Assembly (NCBI GenBank): GCA_032117235.1
Contig: JAULZW010000012.1
Location: forward strand, 3,230 to 67,229
Source of the DNA: Minisyncoccota bacterium
GTDB taxonomy: Bacteria; Patescibacteriota; Minisyncoccia; SW-4-49-11
Length of the DNA stretch: 64,000 bases
Direction of reading: 5' to 3'
Each line of letters starts with the position of its first letter. Within the stretch, counting starts at the first letter, position 1. The notes under the pieces were generated by a model. It was not told where the DNA came from. It did not search any database and saw only the letters and a program-made list of their open reading frames with translations. This document shows positions 39,882 through 51,912 of the stretch, in pieces. Position numbers and translations under genes: made by a program.

Positions 39882-40986
39882 TTTTTTATTATAATTTCTT
39901 CTGGATCAAGATATAATCTGCCTATTCTATAATCAGCATAACCTTCTGGTCTGTTATTATTCACGGCATATTTACCTTCTGGAGGATTTGGTATATTATG
40001 CACAGTTTTGAATTGGTTATATAACATTACACTTCTATCTAAGTTATAATGTTCATGATAATAACTAGCTGGACCTTTTATCTGATGATGTACAAAGACT
40101 TCCCAATTAATTTGCTCAGTTGTAAATTCTATATATGGACCATGATCTCCATAGACTACTCTCTCATAGCCTATAGCTAAAATTTTTCCATTTTTATCAT
40201 AAAATATAAATTCATTTGACCCTTTTTCTGGTAAATTATATTCTTTTTCTATCCTCTGACGGTCTCGCTCACGATTAGGAGTATCTACTGTAGACTTCCA
40301 TTTTGTAGATTTTGGCAACATTTCGGGTAAATCCATCCCAACCGCCTGCCAAGACTGAGATAATAATTTATCAAATTCCTCTTTAGATGTATTTTCTAGC
40401 TCAATGTAGAATTTGTGTGGATTTGGAGTGTTTTCTTGAATATTATCTTGTACATTAAACTTGGGGTTCATCCTTAAAATAACATCTTTACGGTTTGGAT
40501 ATTCCTTCATTCCATCATTTGTAAACCCAAAGGAAGTATATGGATTTATAACATATTGATTCCAAACTGCTGAGTTAATTTGAATACTATAATTAACAGA
40601 TCCTTTTAGATGGTAAAATTTTATATTAAGTTCTAACCATAGTTTCAATAACTGTTTGGCAATACCTTGCCTCCTATAATTTGATTTTACAGCTAATTCA
40701 GATATATATATATAGTATTTTGGGGATAGAGATTATTATTTTCTGATTGCCTTTCATAGGCTATAATTATAGCTATTGGTGTTTTATTATCAAAAACTAT
40801 AAGACTATGCTCCCATTTCCCATAGAATATTCTATCTTTTTTATAATCTGCTAAAATATCTTGCTCTTTATATTCAACTAAAGGAATATCATTTACTAAA
40901 TTAGTTATTTGTTTAATACATAGTGTAGCTATATCTTTATCTAATTTATATACAATGTATCTTGCAATTTGTCCGACTTTTTTCAT
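39878..40986 (-). pseudogene. GNAT N-acetyltransferase fused to an unknown about 200-aa domain, split by a frameshift in a (TA)6 tract (ORFs 40693-40986 and 39878-40648)
   Basis: The upstream ORF ends ...NTIYIYLN*. The other frame reads through the same (AT)n tract as ...YIYISELAVKSNYRRQGIAKQLLKLWLE, containing the GNAT motif A (RxxGxA), and continues into the 256-aa ORF, which begins at a TTG. Confidence 0.55.
40692..40704. repeat. (TA)6 dinucleotide tract at the frameshift site
   Basis: gATATATATATATag. Loss of one TA unit (or gain of 1 nt) fuses the two ORFs. Confidence 0.8.
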
Positions 40987-41089
40987 ACAATATAATTATT
41001 TCATATAATATAGCATATTTTAGATTAAATAATAAATGGTTATTATATTTTGTAGACTCTTATCATATTGATTGCGATCATAAATTTCG

Positions 41090-41258
41090 TAGGGGCGACC
41101 TGCCAGTCGCCTGCTTTTGTCCTCCCTCCAAAGGGAGACAAAAATGTATAGATCTCAACTGTCCTACCTTGGAAGAGGTGGCACGAATTGGATTGTTCTA
41201 AAATTCCCCTCTTGAGGGGTGGTAGGCTATGCCTGACGGGGTGGAAAAAATTTATCTC
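41090..41258. repeat. Cluster of GC-rich hairpin repeats, including an inverted copy of the DUF559 5' segment
   Basis: ggcgacctgccagtcgcc; ttgtcctccctccaaagggagacaa; gaagaggtggcac (inverted match to 38010-38060); aaaattcccctcttgaggggtgg...gacggggtggaaa at 41199-41256. Confidence 0.7.
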
Positions 41259-41719
41259 ACAAAACTCTCTATATACTTCTCTCTATTTTGTATAGACAAC
41301 ATAACCTGCACCACTACTCCGTCCATTGCTTTTTTGATTGCTATATCTTCACAATGTACTATTTCTAAATTGAGACTTTGTAAAAACTCTTCTCTTATTG
41401 TATCATATTCTCCTTTATAATTATGACTTTCTCCATCTATCTCTAATACTAAACCCAATTCAGGGATCAAAAAGTCTACAATATAGTTTCCTATAATCAC
41501 TTGTCTATCTATATCATATCCTAATAGTTTTTTGTCCTTAAATGCAAGCCAAAATAATACTTCTGATAATACACCTGCTTGCCTTAATTCTTTTGCTTTA
41601 GTTTTAAGTCTGGGATTCTTTGGTAGTTTAGAGTAATTATATTTCCACCCCGTCTTTGTTTCACAAATCCACCCCTCAAGAGGGGAATATTTTAGCTCCA
41701 TATTTTTATTATATCTCAA
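41252..41719 (-). CDS. DUF559 (Vsr-like endonuclease fold) domain protein
   Basis: LLGYDIDRQVIIGNYIVDFLIPELGLVLEIDGESHN matches the DUF559 core (KFRRQ..IG.YIVDF....KLVIELDG..H). The N-terminal codons SPLEGW...TGW are encoded by the GC-rich repeat. Confidence 0.65.
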   Translation of the reverse strand: MRYNKNMELKYSPLEGWICETKTGWKYNYSKLPKNPRLKTKAKELRQAGVLSEVLFWLAFKDKKLLGYDIDRQVIIGNYIVDFLIPELGLVLEIDGESHNYKGEYDTIREEFLQSLNLEIVHCEDIAIKKAMDGVVVQVMLSIQNREKYIESFVR

Positions 41720-41846
41720 ATAAAGTATATCATAAGTTTATTATAATTATATAACCAATAGATATTGTTTGAGGTTTCAACTTGCTCTTTCGACTATTCC
41801 CCTCTTAATAGTTAGATTATTACCATGTTTAAGAATTTGAACGCAC

Positions 41847-41900
41847 TAAAATTCCCCTCTTGAGGGGTGCCGTCTTTAGACGGTGGGGTGGAATAATATT
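41847..41900. repeat. GC-rich hairpin repeat unit (plus orientation) upstream of the DUF559 gene
   Basis: aaaattcccctcttgaggggtgccgtctttagacggtggggtggaataat. Confidence 0.7.
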
Positions 41901-41937
41901 TAATTATACTTTTAGACTTAAATTCTAAGTTCGATTA

Positions 41938-42138
41938 TTATTGAGATTGTTCATACCGCTTACGAAGTTCAATAAAATCCTGAGTTTCATCATACAAATC
42001 TATTAAAAACCATCCCCCTAATACAATACCTCCTAAAACTAATATAATTAGAATACGACTAAGCACCTGACGCCAACCTGGTTTTGATCTGAGTAATAGA
42101 GCCAATAAAGCAAGTAATGAAAGATAATTTAAAATCAT
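41938..42138 (-). CDS. Small two-TM protein, hypothetical
   Basis: 66 aa, hydrophobic. Confidence 0.25.
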   Translation of the reverse strand: MILNYLSLLALLALLLRSKPGWRQVLSRILIILVLGGIVLGGWFLIDLYDETQDFIELRKRYEQSQ

Positions 42139-42154
42139 ATTAATAATATTATAC

Positions 42155-42376
42155 CTACTCTAACCAAAAATAAGGATTGCCAAATAAAAATGGGATTTTG
42201 TGTAGATAATATATGTTAAACCTACTAAAAATAAACACTTCTGCATAGATAATTAAAATTGGGAATATACACAATATAATATAAATAATAGCTTCTTTTT
42301 TCCCTAATTTTTTAGGTATAAAAAATCTTATACTAAAGTAAATTGTTAATAGAAATGGGTAAAAGGTATCTAACAT
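42155..42376 (-). CDS. Small membrane protein, hypothetical
   Basis: 73 aa, hydrophobic. Confidence 0.25.
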   Translation of the reverse strand: MLDTFYPFLLTIYFSIRFFIPKKLGKKEAIIYIILCIFPILIIYAEVFIFSRFNIYYLHKIPFLFGNPYFWLE

Positions 42377-42391
42377 ATTGAATATTAAGAT

Positions 42392-42850
42392 TTATAATTG
42401 TGTAAAATCAAGATATGGTTTAAATTTTTTAATAGATTCCTTAAATTGGTGTCCAAACCAATCTTGTATCTCATAAAAACTATCAGGATCTCTTGTCTCG
42501 AGATTATACGTATCTCTCATAGCTACACCTTTTTTATACATCTCATCGAGATAATTAACAATATCTTGATTAAATAAAAACTCTACTTCTAGCGTATCTC
42601 TTAAAAACATTTGCAAATTCTCCGTCGTACAATAATTATTCCCTACAATAATAGCAATAAACTCTTGTACTTTTATATAAATATCATAACGTTTTCGATA
42701 AAGTTCTAATTTTACTTTATCTTTTTCTATCCTATATTGCCCATATGCTATTACTGCAACACATATACCAGTTATTAATGAGATAATAAGAGCAACAGAT
42801 TCAATTCTCATTGAAAAAATTATATTTAAAATTAGATAGCAAACATCCAT
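42392..42850 (-). CDS. Hypothetical protein with N-terminal TM
   Basis: 152 aa. A TATAAT-like element lies upstream. No domain recognised. Confidence 0.35.
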   Translation of the reverse strand: MDVCYLILNIIFSMRIESVALIISLITGICVAVIAYGQYRIEKDKVKLELYRKRYDIYIKVQEFIAIIVGNNYCTTENLQMFLRDTLEVEFLFNQDIVNYLDEMYKKGVAMRDTYNLETRDPDSFYEIQDWFGHQFKESIKKFKPYLDFTQL

Positions 42851-42885
42851 AAAAATATGGTTATATTTTATATTATACTACTTAT

Positions 42886-42904
42886 TTTTCAACAAAACAA
42901 AAAA
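42886..42904 (-). terminator. T-rich tract after the 5S terminal helix. Likely an rRNA operon terminator
   Basis: The minus strand reads ...CAAGGGCttttttgttttgttg immediately after the 5S 3' end. Confidence 0.4.
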
Positions 42905-43015
42905 GCCCTTGCGATGATCTACTTTCCCCACGAGGAGTATCATCGACTCACAGAGGCTTAACTTCTAGGTTCGGAATGTAACTAGGTGTACCCCTCTGTG
43001 ATAAATCACAAGGAC
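42905..43015 (-). rRNA. rrf: 5S ribosomal RNA
   Basis: The reverse complement gives GTCCTTGTGAT...CCGAACCTAGAAGTTAAGC...GGGAAAGTAGATCATCGCAAGGGC. It has the conserved CCGAAC..AGAAGTTAAGC loop-C region and a terminal helix I. Confidence 0.85.
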
Positions 43016-43126
43016 ATTTTTGTTCTCGAACACAAGATTATCTAAAAAAGATAATCTCATGCTCCAGAATTGGTGTAAATTTAGGTAAAGCAACACTACA
43101 TAACCTTGAGTATCAATCAAAAGTTA

Positions 43127-46135
<3,009 letters not shown>

Positions 46136-46318
46136 TTTTAAATTCTGATTCATACTTTTGGTGAAAGTAGTAAAATTGCATTACCTAAATTTACTTGTGA
46201 ATGAACCCTCTTATAGAAACAGATGATAATGTCTCAAAGGTTGAACTTTAAGAGGTCATCTCTGTCGCTATATACACTTCAAAAGTGAGTTAAGTGTGAA
46301 GTTGCGAGTACGATATTT

Positions 46319-46347
46319 ATAATACACGAAATCTTGAGGAGTGTCAA
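46319..46347 (-). promoter_or_regulatory. Sigma70-type promoter for 23S-5S rRNA
   Basis: The minus strand reads cTTGACActcctcaagatttcgtgTATTATaaat: -35 TTGACA, a 17-nt spacer, then -10 TATTAT. The same architecture as the 16S promoter. Confidence 0.55.
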
Positions 46348-46460
46348 GCGTTTTGGGGGAGAAGTGGAAGAAATAAGACAAGTAGCAATTCTGCCTCTAT
46401 TTTTTGGTAATAATAAACATAAAACCCTTGCCCTAATTCCATCTTTTATCATTAACTAAA

Positions 46461-46497
46461 CTAAAAAACCCATTATATCCTAGAATATAATGGGTTT
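46461..46497 (-). terminator. Rho-independent terminator for the lipoprotein gene
   Basis: The minus strand reads aaacccattatattctaggatataatgggttttttag: a 12-bp stem, an 8-nt loop and a T-run. Confidence 0.6.
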
Positions 46498-46511
46498 ACA
46501 CATAAACGCTA

Positions 46512-46841
46512 TCAGCTACATTTTGAAATTCCTCCAGATTGAATATTTTTGCAGTAAAGCTGCCTATTCCCCCAGACTCTTCCATACTCTGTTATGGCTA
46601 CAATTTCGTAACCCTCTGGAGGGATTATTACTTTACCAATTTGCCCCTTTTTATATTCATATATACGACCATCCCTATCTTTTATGTAAAGTGTAGTGTT
46701 GGGTAAATAATTACCAAAACTGGATGCTGTAAAGAAGTTGTAACCATTAGGAATTGATATATCACTGACACCATTTGCATTTGAATCAGCACATGAAGTC
46801 AAAAGTATTATCAAAATGATTGCCACTACAGTTCTTTTCAT
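46512..46841 (-). CDS. Putative lipoprotein
   Basis: Signal peptide MKRTVVAIILIILLTSC with an LTSC lipobox. A 90-aa mature domain of unknown function. Confidence 0.5.
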   Translation of the reverse strand: MKRTVVAIILIILLTSCADSNANGVSDISIPNGYNFFTASSFGNYLPNTTLYIKDRDGRIYEYKKGQIGKVIIPPEGYEIVAITEYGRVWGNRQLYCKNIQSGGISKCS

Positions 46842-46995
46842 TTGAATATTTCTCCAGAAAGAGCTTTATTATAATATCATATTTTCATTTTTTATCAAGA
46901 GATACTCATGATTCACTCCTCTAACCTTCGACATTAGTTGGGGAGTTTTTAGTTGACCCCAAAAAGCATCTTATGAAGAGTATAGTCTTTTATAT

Positions 46996-47036
46996 CCCCC
47001 TTTGGAGGGGGAAGTCTGCAAGACGGGGGTGGATTA
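46996..47036. repeat. GC-rich hairpin plus terminal inverted-repeat motif downstream of the second DUF559 gene
   Basis: ccccctttggaggggg followed by agacgggggtggattaa. The core gggggtggat is the inverted complement of 47480-47489. Confidence 0.65.
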
Positions 47037-47047
47037 ACCCAATACTC

Positions 47048-47431
47048 CTACTTTATTTTCAATATATGCTCTTGTTCTTCTATGACTTGTTCAATCATAA
47101 TATCTACACTAGATAATTCTTTTAGAATTTCATCATCAGTAAATCTCATTACTCTAAATCCTAGTTTTTCCAATCGATTTTGCCTAATACTATCATTGTT
47201 GGCTATTTCAATATGATTATGACTTTCTCCATCTACTTCTATGATGAGATGCAATTCTAAACACACAAAATCTACTATATATTGATCAATAACTCTTTGT
47301 CTACGGAATTTATGTCTTGTTTTAACCCCTTTCAAAATATATTTCCATAAACAAACTTCTGCCTTTGTCATCTCTTTTTTTAATGTATCAGCAATAGGTT
47401 TGAGTTGTATATTATAATGATGGTTTGGCAT
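47048..47431 (-). CDS. DUF559 (Vsr-like endonuclease fold) domain protein, second copy
   Basis: KFRRQRVIDQYIVDFVCLELHLIIEVDGESHN...RLEKLGFRVMRF matches the DUF559 consensus closely. Confidence 0.7.
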   Translation of the reverse strand: MPNHHYNIQLKPIADTLKKEMTKAEVCLWKYILKGVKTRHKFRRQRVIDQYIVDFVCLELHLIIEVDGESHNHIEIANNDSIRQNRLEKLGFRVMRFTDDEILKELSSVDIMIEQVIEEQEHILKIK

Positions 47432-47478
47432 ATATGATTTTGATATACACAGATTATACTATATATTCTGCTATCTTA

Positions 47479-47596
47479 TCCACCCCCGCCCTGCGGGCAC
47501 CCCCTCCGAAGGGGGATACATACTTTTGATATTCTATGAATATTTTTGCCCCCCTTTGGAGGGAGAATCACATAGCGGTGGGCGTGGATAAAATCC
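47479..47596. repeat. GC-rich hairpin cluster upstream of the second DUF559 gene
   Basis: atccacccccgccctgcgggcaccccctccgaagggggat; cccccctttggagggag; gcggtgggcgtggataaaatcc. Confidence 0.65.
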
Positions 47597-47662
47597 AATC
47601 TGTAAATAATATTGTGTCTACCTGTAACATAGCAGATAGGTCTACGAGGTTTCTCATCTTGT

Positions 47663-48454
47663 TTAATCTTTCCAACTATTATGTAGTGGTATTATATTTT
47701 TTAACTCTATTATCTCTTTATCACAATCTTTTAGATCATCTTCCCAACAAATAATAACATCATATTGATATTGAGGTTTATAGATACCCTCTCGTGTATA
47801 TGAGGACTTATATGTGGAGTAGAAAACTGTTCCCTCTTTTTGTGCTGAAAAAATCCTATCAAACACACTTAAGAACATATCCCTAATCCGCTTATCTGAA
47901 ATTGATTTAATGAATTCTTTATTTCTTAATAGACTACAAAATAGTTGCACACTATTTCTCATTACAACATCAATATATTCTAGAAGAGGAACAGAATCCT
48001 CTTTATATCTATTAATATTCGCTTCTGTAGTTAAGTTATCATATTGAGATAAATTTATTTTCCATTTGTTAAATAAATTTTTCACCTCTATGGTATCTTG
48101 ATAAATTCCTAAGATTAATTGCTTATCAAGATCAGATATATTCCAATTAGATAACATCTGTATATCAATTAATTTCTCAAGAACAGCAATACGAGGAGAA
48201 AATTTAGGATCATGGATATAAGGATCTTGAATATTTAGGTTATTATTATATGATTTTTCAATTGATGTAATAAAATTCATATTTTCCCATATCTCTATTA
48301 CCAAAGTAGTTTCAAAAAAATGCTGCAACTTTTCACGCTGTTTACGATCTTTATGTAAAGGGATTACAAGTCCAAATATTGCAATAATTAATCCGAGGAT
48401 ATTAATTAGATTATTTTGAATAGAGCAATTAATAACATCTATAAGATTATTCAT
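47663..48454 (-). CDS. Hypothetical protein with an N-terminal TM helix. Last gene of the putative defence operon
   Basis: 263 aa. A TM helix at residues about 15-35, then a soluble domain with no recognised motif. Lies 5 nt downstream of the DUF262-HNH gene. Confidence 0.45.
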   Translation of the reverse strand: MNNLIDVINCSIQNNLINILGLIIAIFGLVIPLHKDRKQREKLQHFFETTLVIEIWENMNFITSIEKSYNNNLNIQDPYIHDPKFSPRIAVLEKLIDIQMLSNWNISDLDKQLILGIYQDTIEVKNLFNKWKINLSQYDNLTTEANINRYKEDSVPLLEYIDVVMRNSVQLFCSLLRNKEFIKSISDKRIRDMFLSVFDRIFSAQKEGTVFYSTYKSSYTREGIYKPQYQYDVIICWEDDLKDCDKEIIELKNIIPLHNSWKD

Positions 48455-48459
48455 CCCAC

Positions 48460-49662
48460 CTACCGATTTCCCTTTGCTCTATTATGTGTCTTACATAACA
48501 TCTGACAATTCTTGATATCCGTTGCACCACCTTTACTCCAAGCAGTGATATGATCGGCGTCCATATCAGCTAAGCTCCAAATTTTATCTTTGTTGGCGTC
48601 ATTCCCGATCGTACAAAGAGGACAATTGGATATTCCTTTGCTTTTGGCTTCTTCTGTCTGTGTAGCATAGACGGATTTTTTAATTGCCTCATCAAAAATT
48701 CTAACATCAAGTAATTTAGTATCGATTGAACCTCCCAAGATATATTCAAATATTCCTTTACGGTTTTTGACATACGGATCGGCATAGAGTTGATGTACCT
48801 TGGCTGATACTTCACTAGGATTATAAGCTGTTTTATGATACATCTCATATAATCTCCCCCATTCGAGTCCCCGCATTTCAGATTCTACATCAATGAATAC
48901 TCCAGACACCCAATCAATCACGGTATTGAAGTATGTTTTGAGTTCAGCAATATTGTTATCATAGCGATGACGGCTCATATAGTCTCCAATATTTCCTTTA
49001 CTTACCCAATCAAGAGCTCTCTCAAGGAATTCCTGTCTATTGGCACTTCCTGAGATATAGGCTGACCATTTTTGGATATTTGCATTTTGGGTATTACTAA
49101 ATTCTTCTTTCCCAAGTGTAATAAAAGGTCCAGAATATACCGCATTCAATAATTCCTGATTATTAAGCGGAACTCCAGCGATATTGATAGTTCTGAACCA
49201 TTCCTTAATCTCACTTTCTGTCCCTTCACATTCATAAATCAAGAGTTTTGTCTCAAGGATTTTGGTTTGTTTATCCTCGGCAATTCCACTAAAATACTGC
49301 TCCATTCCATTCTCATCTTTAACCGCAAATTTATTGGTTACATATCGTCCAATACTGGTAATTCTCTGCTGTCCATCTAATACCTCAAAGTTATCTGTAC
49401 CAACGGTATTAAAATATATCAATCCCAAAGGATACCCCTTGAGAATAGATTCTATGACAGCTACATCTCGTTTCCCGTCAGCATAAATATAATTCCGCTG
49501 ATATTCTGGCTGAATAGTAAGTTTCCCCGCAAGTCCGAATAGCCCTTTTCCCTCTAGTTCATTGTATACAAAGCCATCACAAATATCTCGCACCATAATG
49601 TCTGTTCTCAATATTGTCTTCATATTATTTCTTCTTAATAGTATTTTTGAGCTTTTTGCCAA
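48460..49662 (-). CDS. DUF262 (ParB-like NTP-binding) plus C-terminal HNH nuclease. A GmrSD-like, type IV restriction-like enzyme
   Basis: [10 protein letters not shown] and LDGQQRITS are the DUF262 signatures. The C-terminus CPLC...[29 protein letters not shown] is an HNH/His-Me finger. The annotated start is a TTG. An alternative ATG lies at 49623. Confidence 0.7.
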   Translation of the reverse strand: MAKSSKILLRRNNMKTILRTDIMVRDICDGFVYNELEGKGLFGLAGKLTIQPEYQRNYIYADGKRDVAVIESILKGYPLGLIYFNTVGTDNFEVLDGQQRITSIGRYVTNKFAVKDENGMEQYFSGIAEDKQTKILETKLLIYECEGTESEIKEWFRTINIAGVPLNNQELLNAVYSGPFITLGKEEFSNTQNANIQKWSAYISGSANRQEFLERALDWVSKGNIGDYMSRHRYDNNIAELKTYFNTVIDWVSGVFIDVESEMRGLEWGRLYEMYHKTAYNPSEVSAKVHQLYADPYVKNRKGIFEYILGGSIDTKLLDVRIFDEAIKKSVYATQTEEAKSKGISNCPLCTIGNDANKDKIWSLADMDADHITAWSKGGATDIKNCQMLCKTHNRAKGNR

Positions 49663-50593
49663 GAGCTTTGATACTGTCTAAATATTCTTTTTCTACTGGA
49701 GATAATGTCTTTGCTTGATATTTGCGATATTCTTGTATGACTTTTTCTTGAGCTTTTTTATTACTTATTGTACCTGAATTTTTGAGTATTCCCTTACCAA
49801 AATTATCAGAGAACTTATCCAACTCCCTCATCCAGTCTTCCATACGCATTTCTTGATGTTCTTGAGCTTTGATTTCGGCTAAATCAAAGAAAGCCGATAC
49901 CAGCCGATTCAGACGAAACAGCTCCTCCTCAGTCAAATAATTTTTGGCTATACTTACATCAGACAATGTTGGGATAGCTCCAGCAAATGTAGTCAATCCC
50001 ATAAAATCTTTGGTCGCATCCGCTCGACTATACATTGTTTCAGCAGCAGTATGGGCATTGGTAGCATAATGTAATTTATTTTGTACAATCTTAAAGAATG
50101 TTACCGAAGTTTTACTTTTGGGATTATAATCCATACTTGTAGCATAGAGATCTAGTACTTGTCGATAGAGAGCTTTTTCACTACTGCGAATATCTCGAAT
50201 TCGATTCAGAAGTTCCTTCCAATATCTACCTCCACCGGTTTCTTTGAGCCTCTCATCATCCATCACATATCCTTTGATAATATATTCACGAATTTGACGA
50301 GTTGCCCATTGACGAAAACGGGTACCTTGTACAGAACTCACACGATAACCAACGGATATAATGACATCTAAATTATAATAATTAGTCGGCTTGGTAGAAA
50401 AATCGGAATTTCCGATTTTTCTACTGGTATCTTCTGGAGCTAACTCTTCTTCCTTATAAATATTCAAAATATGTTCATTGATAGTAGATCGACTTTTATT
50501 GAATAGTTGTGCCATTTGTTCAATACTCAACCATACCGTCTCATCTTGTAATTTCACCTGAATAGCTGGCTGACCATTGGCATTCTCATACAT
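49625..50593 (-). CDS. RhuM-family (Virulence_RhuM, PF13310) protein
   Basis: [45 protein letters not shown] is the RhuM hallmark. The ATG at 50593 is preceded by AAAGGTGAG. The ORF caller's longer N-terminus would overlap the methyltransferase. Confidence 0.65.
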   Translation of the reverse strand: MYENANGQPAIQVKLQDETVWLSIEQMAQLFNKSRSTINEHILNIYKEEELAPEDTSRKIGNSDFSTKPTNYYNLDVIISVGYRVSSVQGTRFRQWATRQIREYIIKGYVMDDERLKETGGGRYWKELLNRIRDIRSSEKALYRQVLDLYATSMDYNPKSKTSVTFFKIVQNKLHYATNAHTAAETMYSRADATKDFMGLTTFAGAIPTLSDVSIAKNYLTEEELFRLNRLVSAFFDLAEIKAQEHQEMRMEDWMRELDKFSDNFGKGILKNSGTISNKKAQEKVIQEYRKYQAKTLSPVEKEYLDSIKALGKKLKNTIKKK

Positions 50594-50630
50594 AATAATC
50601 TCACCTTTGATATCTTTATCTTGCATAGAT

Positions 50631-51773
50631 TTATCGCTTATGTTTAATAAGTACTCGAGCATAAGGAACTTCAACTAGTCCATTTTTTATCATATATAAA
50701 TCACCATCCACTACCCCTCTTTTTTGAACCTCTTTACGATATTTTCTATGTTCTGGTTTATAAGGTCTTACTCCTATCGATAACCCCAAATTAGCTATTC
50801 CCAATCCGATAATCTCAAATTGCTCAGGACTATATTTATCTAAGAAACTTATCGGCACTCCCATTATTCCATCATAATCACTGGGGATGGCATTAGTATA
50901 TGGGATTTCTATGGCATCATAATTATCATATTTCTGATAACTATTTGGGTTAGTCTGAACCTTATTATTAAAGCGTTTATTATCCTCCATAGACATCAAG
51001 GGTAGGAGTTGATGTCTTTTGCCATGATCAATATTAGTAAACCAGCGAACACCTTTAACCCGAATATATCTTTTTCCAGCTTCATCAATTCTCCAACCAG
51101 CTGATTCTAAAGGATAACTTTCAGGAACTTCAAACTCCCTATCTCCACTCGAAATACTTTGTCCTAACCACATTTTATTTTCTTTAATCAAGGGGAAAAT
51201 TTCTTTATAGGTAATAGCATTCATATTCCCAATAACCACAAATTGCTTGTTAACTTCAGTAATCCATTCTAAAAATTCTCGGAATAAGGAAAAAGGCGGA
51301 TTGGTAATAATAATATCTGCCTCATCTCGCAATTTCTTGATCTCATCACTTCTGAAGTCTCCATCCCCTTTGAGATATTGCCATTCTAAATCTTCGACAT
51401 TGACTTTCCCTTCTCCTGTCTTATCTTGGGTTAAAGTGAAGATTTTCCCATTTTTGGCGGTTTTCTTTTTATCATATTGAGGGCTTGATTGTTCGAATAA
51501 GCTCGGTTGATAGATTTCTTTTAGATGTTTGCTTTCGGCAGCATAGCTAGTGCTAATTAGTTTTTTGAGTCCAAATTCTTGGAACTTTTGAGCAAAAAAC
51601 TTAGTAAAATTACTCCATTCTGGATCATCACAAGGAAGTAAAATAGTTTTATCTCGGAATATATCAGGATTATATTCTAAATAGGCAGATATTTCTTTTT
51701 CAATATCATGATATTGTGTATAAAATTCATCATTTTTTGCATTCTTTGCCCTTGTTAGATTGCTATTTGCCAT
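50631..51773 (-). CDS. N6-adenine DNA methyltransferase, EcoRI-methylase family (gamma-class, NPPF)
   Basis: The N-terminal NDEFYTQYHDIEKEI...DKTILLPCDDPEWSNFTKFF...GLKKLIS and the catalytic IIITNPPFSLFREFL closely match remembered M.EcoRI segments (SDEFYTQY...; TNPPFSLFREY). Confidence 0.7.
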   Translation of the reverse strand: MANSNLTRAKNAKNDEFYTQYHDIEKEISAYLEYNPDIFRDKTILLPCDDPEWSNFTKFFAQKFQEFGLKKLISTSYAAESKHLKEIYQPSLFEQSSPQYDKKKTAKNGKIFTLTQDKTGEGKVNVEDLEWQYLKGDGDFRSDEIKKLRDEADIIITNPPFSLFREFLEWITEVNKQFVVIGNMNAITYKEIFPLIKENKMWLGQSISSGDREFEVPESYPLESAGWRIDEAGKRYIRVKGVRWFTNIDHGKRHQLLPLMSMEDNKRFNNKVQTNPNSYQKYDNYDAIEIPYTNAIPSDYDGIMGVPISFLDKYSPEQFEIIGLGIANLGLSIGVRPYKPEHRKYRKEVQKRGVVDGDLYMIKNGLVEVPYARVLIKHKR

Positions 51774-51912
51774 ATTCTATTATTGTAATATATATTCATT
51801 ATATCATCTCCTAAGCTATTTGTTAAATATAAAAGACATTACGTAAGTGTATATTTAATAGTGAGAGATTGTTTTTTCATATTATTGATTAAATATTTAT
51901 ATTATACCATCT

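Noticed and set aside
40962-41420. ORFs 40962-41201(+) and 41229-41420(+)
   Set aside because: They are read across the GC-rich hairpin repeats or antisense to the DUF559 gene. They are Cys/Pro-rich translations of palindromes, not genes.
46490-46696. 68-aa plus-strand ORF
   Set aside because: It is antisense to the lipoprotein gene and spans its terminator hairpin.
47536-47754. 72-aa plus-strand ORF
   Set aside because: It begins in the GC-rich repeat cluster and is antisense to the start of the TM-protein gene.
48570-51480. ORFs 48570-48848(-), 49262-49486(+), 50159-50371(+) and 51247-51480(+)
   Set aside because: They are nested in, or antisense to, the DUF262-HNH, RhuM and MTase genes.
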